Shown one piece after another: positions 53,101 to 64,000 of a DNA stretch of 64,000 nucleotides (within the stretch, counting starts at the first letter, position 1; each line of letters begins with the position of its first letter). The notes below the pieces were generated by a model. That model was not told the origin of the DNA. It ran no database searches and saw only the letters and a list, made by a program, of their open reading frames with translations. This stretch comes from Klebsormidium nitens (Eukaryota; Plantae; Klebsormidiophyceae), in NCBI GenBank assembly GCA_000708835.1, contig DF237302.1:31500-95499 (forward strand), in the 5' to 3' direction. The position numbers and the translations under genes were made by a program.

Positions 53101-56100
53101 GTCTGATGTTGACAATCGGCTTCTTCGCAGGTTGTCGCTGACATGACGTCGTTGTGCTGACAGGTGACGTGGTGGTGCAGAACGGCGCAACTAGCATGGT
53201 GGGTCTGGCCGTCATTCAGCTGGCGCGTGAGCGGGGCCTGCACTCGGTCAACATCATCCGGGACCGGTCAGTGGCCCTCCGTGAGCGGCTCTTCCTTGAT
53301 TTGTTCCCTTCTTTCGTTTCACGTGGTCGATAAGCGTGTTGCTCCAGAACAACAAGTGGCACTTTCGAAACAAACTTCATGGCTCTACGCTGTTGTGGTT
53401 TAGATGCAACCCTGCACTTCAGCGTTGCACAAGCGTTTTGGTTTCTTGGGTGATTCGTTGCCCAGCGCTTATGCATACGAAGTGAATTCAACTGCATTAG
53501 TCGTCATTCAGGCGGCTGAGTACGGTGGGGAGATTGGCCTGTTGATGGGGTCTCCAGCACTCTCTTGTATCGCCCAGTCAGCTTACTTCATTGACGATCT
53601 CTGTGATCTTCCTTACGCTCCTTGTCGACCAACAAAAGGAATCGTCACGAATCCGCATCCACCCAAGAACAAAGTCAATAGTTCGGCTCCAGGCTCTCGA
53701 GCTGGCGCCACGTCGGGTCTATTTGCGAGACGTTCGCTCTGGTCGACCATCCTTCAGCGTCTGTTACCCTTCTTGTCAACCTCTCTGCAATACCTGCCCT
53801 AATGTCGTCCAATATGTATGTCTTAAGCTAACCGTCCTCTAAAACTGCGCTGTTGTCGGTCGAGTCCCCCCTCTGCGGTCACGTCCATGCGACGACGAAC
53901 GTGCCGTTGATCTCCCGAGGCTAGGTTTTACCTGACAACGTTCGTTGAAATGCGTCACTGACCACGTCTTTAAGGGGCCATTCTGTATGAAACCTGAGGC
54001 CGGTCGTTGACCATCAATCAGGTTTATAAATGTCGACAGTGCCGTACATGTCTTCTCGGGCACCTTAAAGTGGACCCCAAGATGTTGTACGGCCAGTCTG
54101 CAGTTCATCAGTTCCGCAAGGATTTCCGCAATACGCGGAAATCGACGGTATACCATACTACCCGCCTTTGTGGAAACTATCGAACGCTCCGTCGAAAATA
54201 ACACTTGGGTGCGAGGTGAAGGGGCCCGAGCTTGGTTTGGTGGCGAAATTGTTTTCTGGGCCAAGACTCTCTGGTTGTTCTCAGGCCGAACTTCGAGGAG
54301 AAGGCGGCCGAGCTCAAGGCGCTGGGCGCATCGGTGGTGCTGACGGAAGAGCGCGCGCAGTCTCCCGAGGGGAAGCAGGCCATGGTGAGCCTCTCGCCAC
54401 GTCCCTCTCCCGCGCAGAGCTCAACTTCTGCTGCGTGAATTGGTTCTGTTGCTTAGGAGCAATCAAGTTTCTGGTGTTTGAGGTTCGGTAGCTCAGTTCG
54501 CATGCAGAAGGCTTTCGTGTTGCAGTCAGGAGAACCAGGGCACGGAAGCCGCTGCTACTCTGATTATTAGGTTTGATCCCTAAGGCTAATCTGAATCTGA
54601 AAGTGAGGGCGTCGCTTGATTTCGTTCTTTTTTCGACGGTTTTGGACGATGGTTTTCGAACGCCCAAACTCTGACGGGACGGCTATCCTGCAACGGCGGC
54701 GGTTTTCGGAGGGCTCACGGGACGGCCGAACCACGAGATTTATGTTTGCTTTCGTCGCTCCGAAGAGTCAACATCGGCAGCTCGTGAGTGATGAAGGATA
54801 AGCTAGCAGAATGCGGAGAAGCCTGCGTTGCATTGCTTGCGAACACTGCCGCGTTCAAAGCGGTCGAGGTTCTCTGAATTCTGATTCTTGGTCTGATCCT
54901 TGGCCGTTCTGGTTGCAGAAAGGGTTCCCCCCGGCGAAGCTGGGCCTCAACTGCGTGGGCGGCTCGGCGGCCACAGCTGTCACCAAGCTCCTGGGGTGAG
55001 CTGCGGGGCGTTCTTTTTTCTGAGTGCGCTCAAGCCAGTTGTGACCTTTTCTTTTTAGCGCGCACCTGAGTCAATTCGTGTCTTTTATCCGTACGAGCAT
55101 CCGGTCAGCGTTCAGGATTTAGTGCGCCCTTGGATTGAGTATGCCTCGGATACATTTTTGATCAAGGGCAAGATTTTGGAGAGAATCATAAGTGAGAAGA
55201 TCTCCATCATCTTTGCTGCCTCCTCTTGGGCCCTTTGACGGGCAGCCAAGTGGTTCGGATGATTCACAGACAAGGCCTCGTAAAAGCGCTCCCTGTCATA
55301 ATAAGCTGGCAGAACAAAGCCGATGAGGCCTTTGTGTTCTCGCACTGCGCGTCAAACTCAAAAGAGCCTCGTCCGAGCTGATTTACAACATGAGCCGTCT
55401 GATCGCTAGGCTTGGTTCATAAGATTGGCCCAAGATATGCAGTCGTCAGCTCAGGTTCAACAAATCGTGTCAGGTGCAGACGGTTTGGTCGAGCCACCAT
55501 TGATGATGTTCCCGCCGTCCATTTCTGAGACAGCTTGCTGGACTGGAAGGGCAAAGCTGGAAAGCTGGAAAGCTGGAAACCGTGCAGACTGATGTGCGCA
55601 TTTCCTTGCAGAACTGGCGCCACTCTAGTTACTTATGGGGGCATGTCCATGAAGCCCGTCACCATATCTACGTCGTACTTCATTTTCAAGGTGCGCGCCG
55701 CCTGTTGGCACTCTGAAAGTTGTTTCCTTCACTTTCCTTCTTGGAAAACGTAATAGTGGAACCGCTTGTTGCTTCCTCCGTTCCTTACGGAACTTGGTTC
55801 AGGATTGGCTTTACAAGAACTGTCCGAAGTGCGACGGATGATCCCCCTTGTTCTGGTCGTCGTTTTCCTTTTGCAGATGCTTCCCAGGTAAAGCGACAGG
55901 TTTCCGAACCTTCTCTTAGCTCGAACGACCGAAATTCAGCCAACGTTGGCAATCTGTGCATCTGCTGCTTCTCAGTCGTCGCTTTCTTGGCCCTGGTGCG
56001 CTGCACGGCAATCAGAAGCGGAGCAGCCGTTGTGTCAAACTGGAGGCGCCAACCCATGTCAGCCTGCTTGTTCCTATCTGAAGACAGCAATGTGAAAACC

Positions 56101-56707
56101 TTTTGCAGTGTGCTTGTGCGCGTTCCACAAGTTCTGAGTCGAACAAGATGTTCCGCACTGCAGGACATTACGTGCAAGGGGTTCTGGGTGTCCCGGTGGG
56201 CGCAGGAGCACTCCGCAGAAGAGCGCTCCAAAATGATCGACTACCTCTTGGGCCTGGCTCGCGACAAAAAACTGACGTTTAAGTAAGCCCTTGCGGTTGC
56301 TAGACTTCTTTTATGAAGTCATACTTGACCGTTCTGCTTGTTTTAGTCCATACTTGAGACAAAGTTTCCGTCTTTTCTTGACGTGAATGTTCTGACCAAG
56401 TTTCGGAGATGGTGGGTTCATTCCCCCAGTCTGGCTCGAGCTCCTTCCAGAAATACATTTGCCCTGCCGGAGGAAACAATTTAGGGAAGGCTTTGGCCCT
56501 TACGTTGCACGGCAAGAACCCTGAGAGGTTTCGAAGGACGTCTCTTCGCATTCGTAACCCGGACATTGCTGTGAACGAACGTATGAGCGTCCGTTCCCGT
56601 CGTGCAGCTTCGAGAAGACCCCGTTCACGGACTTCGATTTTGCGTTGAAGAAAGCCCTGGGGAAGGAAGGCTTCACTGCAGGAAAGCAACTTTTAGTCTT
56701 CAAGTGA
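50149..56707 (+). CDS. MECR: Mitochondrial trans-2-enoyl-CoA/ACP reductase (10 exons, 377 aa)
   Basis: Exons 50149-50324, 50695-50792, 51205-51342, 51976-52119, 53164-53266, 54285-54384, 54919-54995, 55612-55690, 56164-56282, 56608-56707 sum to 1134 nt, all in phase. Motifs [62 protein letters not shown] and GKQLL. Presequence-like N-terminus. Confidence 0.93.
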
Positions 56708-57479
56708 GCAGTCAACCGACGCCAAGTCTTGGTGTGTCAGGAAAAGTCGGCTTTCCTGGGCATCAAAATAGGTTGTGTTTGTCGTCTGTAGAGAAGCCGT
56801 TTTAGATGGGGCAGTCAAGCTTGTTAGGTGGAGCGCGTCGATCCGTCACCTTGTACAAAGCTTGACAAACAGGCTGCAAGCATGCAGGCACACATACCGG
56901 CCAGCGAGAAGTGTACAGGAGGTTTTGCGGGACGATATGGTCAAGCTGGCAGGATACACTTTTGTACTATATTTAGCACAAGGATCAGTCCGCTCATGAT
57001 GATCGAGTTGCAGGGTAATAAGCCGGTGATTCGAAGGCCGGGTTCGTCTTGCTGTCGCTCACTTTATGATGGTCAACGCCAGTGCTGTTCCGAAAATGGA
57101 CAGGGTCTATAGAAGGACATGCGGCGGCTTCCAGGACGCGACTAAATACACTAAGATGGGCCGCAGCATGCAGCTGCCCGGCTTAAGTCGGACCAATGTA
57201 GAGCTAGCCGACGCGGTTGTAGCCCATGCACCGCGTTTGGGTTTGCAAGCGTGCAAGGTCCAAATCTTGATCCAATGTAGGCGGCTCGATAGTCTATAGC
57301 TACGCAAATTTGACAATCTCGTTGACTGGCAAAATTTCTCTATTGCGTTTATGGCGCCAGCCGGCATATGACAAGATGTATTTATATGATCGATCTCAAT
57401 CTTAGTATAGTAAACATTGCTCCAATTAGTCATACCCTAGCTCTACGTGTTTTGCATAGACGCACTCAACACGGCGCCG

Positions 57480-58650
57480 CCGCGCGCGATTGCATAAAGT
57501 CTGTCGTTCCTAGCGCATCATGCTTCTCTTTGTCACGCTCATATTCGGCGAGCTTGCGCTCGAATGCGTCAAGGCGCGCCGCATTCCGTCTGTCCAAATC
57601 ATCGGCCATATGCGGCTCTCAAGCTCGCGGCCGGCGCGATCGCGAGCCTGACCCGAGGTCAGCTCGACTAGGAAATAGAAGTAATCATTCTCATTGAGCT
57701 CCTCTGTATTACGTCGCAGCTTCAGCTTTGACATCATCGTTTTATAGCTCCGTCGCAAATGCGACACACTCATCCCGTCTGGCCCGCCAGTAAAGCGGCC
57801 AGCACCATGCTGCGCATGCGTATTATCCATGATGTCGCCGGTTTCGACAACCCTATTCAAAGGATTCAAATCGGAATTGTGCAGTGCACTCGATTCGCGG
57901 CAGGGGATAGCACACTAGGACTCTCAACAATATAACCACTGTCAATGTCAGCATTATACGACTGAGCAAAACTCCATGTATCTGACTCGACCCTACTCTC
58001 AATCTCTCTGTCTCCCTGCCGATGGGGCAGGTCTCTAAAATTATACATGTGCATCAACTCGCCTAGCTACCACTGGCGCCCCAAGCGCTTAGGCTAACTA
58101 GAGTGAGCCGCGGCAAAACTACTCTCTTCCCCCCCCGGCCGCGACCTCTGTTCCAGGGTCACGGGGGTTGCGCACTTGGTCCTTGGTCGCGATTGTCGCG
58201 CCCACGGCCACGGCCACGTCCTCTGCCGCGCCACCCACTGCGTCTGCGCTGGTTGTCTTGACGGTCGTCCCAACGGCGGTCGTCTCTGCGGCGGTACGTC
58301 CTCCCTGTAGTCCTGGCGGCGCTCGTCCTGGCGTCTGTCACTTGAACCCACACAGGGGATAACGGATCAGACGCTGAACTTGTCTGACTGGCGAACTCAC
58401 TTCGAAAAGGGTTCAGCGCAAGAATGCTAGAAACAGGGTTTCGGCTAACCCAAAACCTAACCAGATGTGGCGACGCGCCCCTAGAAAGGAGGGTCACCAC
58501 ACTGTGGGCGAACACTCAATGAAGGGTTCAACACCTGACCGCGAACTCGTCCGAAGGACTTTCAGCTGGTCTCAACAATATAACCACTATCAATGTCAGC
58601 AGTATATGGCTGAGCAGAACTCCGTGTATCTGACTCGACCCTACTCTGGA
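57480..58650 (-). mobile_element. Degenerate retroelement-like relic (gag-like fragment plus RG-rich fragment)
   Basis: Frameshifted protein-like segments FTGGPDGMSVSHLRRSYKTMMSKLKL...YFYFLVELTSGQARD (57869-57600) and DDRRWDDRQDNQRRRSGWRGRGRGRGRG (58300-58160), plus an internal 78-bp duplication. The gag resemblance is by eye only. Confidence 0.35.
57922..58647 (+). repeat. 78-bp direct repeat pair (57922-57999 and 58570-58647)
   Basis: 72/78 identical, and five of the six differences are transitions. Confidence 0.85.
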
Positions 58651-60326
58651 CACTGCGCCCGGCCGGCACTGCAGGAGGCCGACCAGGCACCAGCTGCCTT
58701 AGGTCCGCCGCCCCTGGAGTCGGCTGCTAACATCTACGACCTAGAGAACCCCCGCAATTGGAGCGCTCCTAGGGAAGCTGCGGCCGGGGCGTACCACCAG
58801 AAGTGGTCATGGCAGGTAAAGAGTCAAGACCATTCGCTGTGCATCATGCACTGGACTAGATACCATGCAGGTGCTTCTAAAGAACCAAAAGCATTGAACT
58901 AGCTATAAAGCTTTCCACTGCTGAGATCCAATGAGTTGACTCAGCCGAGGCCATGCCATGATGCGCATAGTATAGCCTGACATCGATATCTGATACACAC
59001 TCTGATGCCCGCCCGGTGCAAGTTGCAACCCTCAGTGCTATTGCATGTACAAACCGGCCCCAAAATTGACAGCAGTTGCGCAATGGCCGATCCCACGGCT
59101 AATCGAATGTGGTCTCGAAAGGAATGTGCATGGCGGCAGCAAGAGCAACGTGGCAGAACTCTCATCATGCAATGCAAGCTTAAGACCAAGTTAGCAACCA
59201 TTTTCGGCTGCCATCAAAGCTTGCGCCGTACTTATTGACTGAATTCTTTAGAGCTTCGCTCAAGGCCTAGTGTCTGACTTGCGCGTTCTGCTAGCAAAAG
59301 AAGCCGACAACCAAGCTTCTTGTATATAGACGTTTTTCTGGTCATTGTAACACCAAAACTTTCAAGAAGAAACAAAAGCAGGTCCAAATCATTCAAGGGG
59401 CCTGCTCAGTAAAGAGCTCTCTAGCTTCTACTGAATTGAGCACATGGTGCTCCTGTGCACTAGCGCCCAGTCATCCGGTACCAGACCAGAAACTTCGACT
59501 CTTGCGTCGTCATCAGCACCTGCAAGTATTCGCAAATTTGTTGACGGGCAGGCGACTCCAGAGCGATGCGAGGCGGCTTAAGCCACTCTCGCTTCGTTGA
59601 AGATCTCCGCTGGTCGAAGCACGATCAAAGCAGAACAAACACTCCGCCATTTCCAGTGAGCTTTCGTTCGCAGACGAGCTAACGACCTTGCCTTAACAAC
59701 TCTGCTATCAAAAGCAAGGAAAGCATTGTACAGTTGCCAAATGACGGCACAGGACACGGTTGATAAGAGGACCGTGCCGTGCATCGACATTGGTGAAATT
59801 CGGCATCAGCCTCTAGCAAAACAAGTAACTGTCTTGTGGCAAGAAGCCGTGTGCACCCACTCTGCAACACCCAGAATGGATACTGAGATAGTACAAGAGG
59901 CCTCAGTCTGTGCTCTCACAGCTAGTACTCGCAATGGCGAGACACCTAAGACACCCCAAGTACTTAGGACCCCCACAGCTTACGAAGCACCCAGCACAAA
60001 GCATTTTCTCAAGCAAGCCGTCGTCCCGGGATCGTCGCTCAGCATTCTCCCGCATAACTTTTCCATCTTCTTCCAAAAGCACTCTGATCCGAACGGACAC
60101 CTCGGCAGGCACCTGCCACAAACTTGAGACTTTTGAGAACAGGGAAATAACGACGCCCACAAACGAGTAATGACGCCGAAGCAAGAGCCCTTCCGTCGAG
60201 AGGCCCAATCATTGACAGATGTCGAGTCCGACAAGCGAAGCCCGATGGACTTCACGACCGAACGCGAGTGACGTCCCTGGGATAGTCTGCAACGCACCTC
60301 AGCTCCTCTGATCAGCCGCCTGCTGA

Positions 60327-62116
60327 TCATTCTTCCGCCTTCTTTTCCTTCGTCTCCTTCTTCGCGCGCGGCTTTCTTACTAACTTCGGTTTCGTGGCCT
60401 TCGGGAAGTGCTCGGCTAGCAGCTTGGAGATGGTGCCGAACGTGAGGACCTCCGCATCCAGGATCTTTCTCAGCGCTGCGTCCGGCAAAACCTCGGTCTT
60501 CTTCTCGGGGTTCTGCACACAAAAGACGGCGCCCATTTTCTTTGTGGTTTACGTGAGGCCCGTTCTAGACTGATGCGAAAGGTGAGGACATCTGCTTTCG
60601 TATTCGTCTGTGACTATCGCGTCTTACGACTACTTCCAACTTCTTCTCTGGCTCCTGAGGGGGATGGGGCCATCAAGGTTTCTGAGAGGATAGGCACTGA
60701 CGCCTCGGGCCACGATTCTTGAACCCTCCACTATACGCGCGAGCACCGCCTTCCGCTCTCCGAAATCTGCTATGATAGACGAAACTAGAAATTTTCGGGT
60801 GTGGAATTTCTGACGTTCTCTGGTCTTGGCTCCTCGACCATTTCTTCGTCGCCTCTTGCCCGTTTAAATTTCGGACTCGGCGCGGAACGAAACACAAGAG
60901 TCAGCTAAATCTAGAAACGACCGTCGTCTTTTTTATGTCCTCTACTTAATAGCTTTCGTCCCTGGCTGATCAAGTGCAGTCAAGTCAACGACATCTTGCA
61001 AATGAACAAAAAGCCGTCTACGCAAGAAAACTTGACAAAGTTTGACTTGGCAGACTACAAGGTTCTGATTCTGGCAAAGCGTGTGCAATCATTGGTGACC
61101 CTCGAGCAGAGTGAGCAAACAGCGTTAGATAGGATAGAGCAAGGTATCATCTTTCGCTTAGCCAGGGCTTACGAGTCCCGCATAATTTGCATGTTTGTTT
61201 GAGGTCTGGCAGAGAGAACTCTTGCAACATTGGCCCGAAATCGAAGTCGAGGTCTCACAACACAACAACACAGACAGACAGACTTTTACGAGGCAACACG
61301 AAGGCAATCAGCCCGAACCGATGCTTCGCGCACCGCTGCATGTTGATAAACAGGAGGTCAAGCTTCAAAACCCTGCGCGATTGCTTGCGATGCATTCCCG
61401 TAATGAGCAACTGCATGACTTGTTCCCTGAATTTGAAAAACGCCTGCTTCATAAATCTTCGACCTTCCTTCTGGGGAACAGCAAGCTGCTCCAGTCTCCG
61501 CCTCTCTACAAGCTACAGTACTTGCTCTCCAATTTCAAAAAAGGTGAGAAACTTCCATTCGAAAGTGCTTCCAGAGTATTCAACTCAAACCTCAGCCTTT
61601 CTACAAGCAAGGTGGGTACTGCGTTGTGCGCACTCCCGAGGCCCGTCCTTCACTTGTCGAAAATGGGCTGAAATGTGTGGCACAATGAGGGACCAGGGGC
61701 CCAACATACGACACTCATTCCTTCACCCCCCTCCGCCCTCGTAAGGAGTACCGTTGCGAGTACACTTGCTCCATCTGGCAAGGCCTATCTGTCGAGAAGT
61801 TTCAATTCGCAAGATAATCAACGCTCTCAACGCAGAAGAGTAGTGTGTGGAAGTAAGAAACTAAAGCAGGTCCCCTCACCTGCAATTTATGCGTTCGGAT
61901 GTGCTGCCAGATCTTGGCTGTCACCTCCTGCCGTGTGACCTCCTCCGCCCCCATGAACTCGCTCAGCGCCGGAGACACCTCATACTTCCGCATCAGAGCA
62001 TCATTTGTAGGCGCCCGCGCGGCTTTTTCCGCTGGTGCCTTTTTGGCCGCCCCTGTTGCAGTGCGAACGGCAGCGCCCCCCCCCCGCAGGAGAGCCACCC
62101 CTGCGGCCCTGAACAT
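60327..62116 (-). CDS. Small SWIB/MDM2-domain protein, probably organelle-targeted (2 exons, 140 aa)
   Basis: Exon 1 62116-61880 (MFRAAGVALLRGG...VSPALSEFMGAEEVTRQEVTAKIWQHIRTHKLQ) and exon 2 60512-60327 (NPEKKTEVLPDAALRKIL...ISKLLAEHF plus a Lys-rich tail), joined in phase 0. Classic SWIB consensus, with an Arg/Ala-rich presequence-like N-terminus. Confidence 0.88.
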
Positions 62117-63308
62117 CCTTGCTCTCTGTTGGGAGGGGGTTTTGGCTGGAGGGGTGTACAGAACGCAGAGAGGGCTACGGTGACTGCCTGGGAATGACTA
62201 AAAAGCCGAGGGATGCGCTTTTGAGGAGCGCCTGCAGAGAGCAATTGATATGATTTAGATGATTTAGAAGTGGAGGGAAATTCAGTTGGATCCCAGAGCC
62301 TGAAGAAGCAGCCAGGTTGGAGGGGTAAAAGAGTATAGGGTGTTGGGGAGGGGAGGGGGAGCTGGAAGGGGAAACGGACAAATTGCCGTCCAGGACTTGC
62401 ACCCATGGTCCAGATATAGAAAGGAAGAAACAGTGTCCAAACCTGATGCAGCACCTTAGCTAGTTTCAGAAGATTGCAAGTCAATACCACCAGCCCCAGC
62501 GCATCAATAATTTCAATTTGACAATTTCCCTGTAGTACTGAATCGCCAGGCTTAAGCAACTGAGTTAGTATTACGGTTGAGCATCAGTTCCACTTACACT
62601 CCTTAAGAAGCAACGCTCCTGAACAACGAAAGAACCAGACACTCTCTTTCACGGCCTATGTCTGATGGTCATAGCCCTTGTCTCAAACCCATGTCTCAAA
62701 AATTCAAGCACTGTTTTACGTATTTTTTAGCCAAAGCTTGATTTTTGACAAGACAAGTAGGTTCCCTCTTGTTCTTCAGTTCTGTCCTTCCAAAACTTGT
62801 TCATTGCATACAGTGATTGACGCTTGTTGCAGTGAGCCATTACCACTTTGGTTCACATAGGGACAGAGTCAAGTGACGCAAAGCAGCACAGGGGAAGCAT
62901 CAAGATCGCATCACTGAGTTCCTGAGAGGAACTGTTCTGGCTGACACTTTGCTAAAATAGTGAACAGCTTTCAATTGTACACACTAAGCCAATCCTCTCA
63001 AGCATTTGATGACTAGCTTTCAGCGATGCAAGATAGCACAGAGTTGGAAGAGGCACGCCAACACCCACCCCTTTCTGCCCGCTTGCTGACGCTTTGCACT
63101 ATGTCACGGACGCTGCGCCCTTCAGCAATTTGTGCTAGCTCAAAAGCGCTCTGCACGCAGCTTCTGCAGCACTCCTCGTGTTCCAAGAGCGATGCGCCAA
63201 CTTAGGAGGCTCAAATGTGGTGAATGAACGAGCAATTGAAACAATCCCCTTGCAAAAGAAACAGAAGAATGAGAATTGAGATGCGAGTCTGCTGACCTAT
63301 CTTTCTGC

Positions 63309-63411
63309 GCTCGGCTAGCTCAGCTGGCCAGAGTGCAGTTCGATACAACTGCCACGTGCCTTCCACTTGTGGTTGGCCCGAAGGTCCGCGGGTCAAATCC
63401 CGTAGTTTGCA
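63309..63411 (+). other. Degenerate tRNA-derived sequence (A box plus B box; SINE-like head)
   Basis: D-arm/A box TAGCTCAGCTGGCCAGAGT (63316-63334), and AGGTC followed by the T-arm/B-box-like GCGGGTCAAATCCCGT (63388-63403). The acceptor stem does not pair, the anticodon-like loop is 6 nt, and there is a ~30-nt insert, so it is not a functional tRNA. Confidence 0.5.
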
Positions 63412-63674
63412 ACTTTCTCTGGACGGAGGGGTTGGCCTGCCTCCTTTCGGAATTTTCTGTGGATCTGGCTAAAGGTCCTTCGAGTATGCCTGAAAATCTT
63501 CGCTAGCCGGCGCAGAAAGATAACCCGAAGTCACCACTTGAATATATAAGGCTTTTTGACAGCAAGGAAGAAGGAATTCCGTCCGAGTTGCGTGCACTAC
63601 CATCAGAAATTGAGAAAGTAATGACCATCTGAGTGCTGCTGCTGCACATCGACATTTGTTGTGCTGTCAGAGGC

Positions 63675-64000
63675 ATGGGGCCGAAGAAAGATGAGATGAC
63701 AGCGGTGTTGGACCGTTTGCAGACGTTAGAGTCAGAAGTAAGCCTTTTGAAGAAGGAAAACGAGGGTTTGAAAGCCCGGATGCAATTGATGGAGGTGGAG
63801 AAGCAATCGGTTGTTGAGGAGTTGCAAGTTGTCCGGGGGGAACAAGTTAAAGTTGCCTCCTACAGCGGTGTGGTGAGAGCGGAGGTGGAAAAGGTGCAAG
63901 CCAGACAAGAGAGACATGACAAGGTGTTGAGGGAAGCCAATCTTGTTGTTACGGGGTTGGAAGATGCAAAAGATGAGGTGGGGGAAGCAACGAAGAAAAA
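63675..64000 (+). mobile_element. Non-LTR retrotransposon (LINE) ORF1, 5' part, truncated by window end
   Basis: Intron-free open frame from ATG 63675 to the edge: MGPKKDEMTAVLDRLQTLESEVSLLKKENEGLKARMQ...ERHDKVLREANLVVTGLED. A coiled coil followed by an R..NL.V.GL.E-type motif is typical of LINE ORF1 proteins. It is absent from the ORF track because there is no stop in the window. Confidence 0.65.

Noticed and set aside
54007-54201. ORF with [10 protein letters not shown] zinc-knuckle-like motif
   Set aside because: Short, intronic in MECR, with no second CxxC pair or splice support.
60996-61744. 158-185 aa ORFs inside the SWIB gene intron
   Set aside because: No recognisable homology or exon structure, and overlapping frames without a coding signature.
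63309-63411. Functional tRNA gene
   Set aside because: The acceptor stem is unpaired, the T-loop lacks one T, and the anticodon arm is non-canonical. Kept only as a tRNA-derived relic.

Overview
Eukaryotic, intron-rich nuclear DNA. The ORF track is mostly misleading because the real genes are spliced, so I assembled them by hand from GT-AG junctions with phase checks. BLD10/CEP135 (basal body) together with an EDM2-like gene (streptophyte) and RAB21 points to a flagellated streptophyte, probably a Klebsormidium-type alga (inference). In order: (1) three tandem paralogs of an unrecognised 8-exon, ~355-aa gene at 1-11.5 kb (copy A cut by the window edge, copy B frameshifted, copy C intact); (2) a TA-flanked MITE at 12.1-12.9 kb; (3) RAB21 on the minus strand, with an anomalous 4,980-nt intron holding two copies of a promoter-like module; (4) a ~17-kb BLD10/CEP135 gene head-to-head with RAB21, with a tandem array of decayed acceptor+exon copies in one intron; (5) a non-coding element with nested inverted repeats at 39.0-40.3 kb; (6) an EDM2-like PHD/methyltransferase-like gene with a nonsense codon and a frameshift; (7) an intact 10-exon MECR; (8) a gag-like/RG-rich relic; (9) a 2-exon SWIB-domain gene; (10) a tRNA-like head followed by the start of a LINE-type ORF1 at the right edge. 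No CRISPR array, rRNA or intact tRNA was found.
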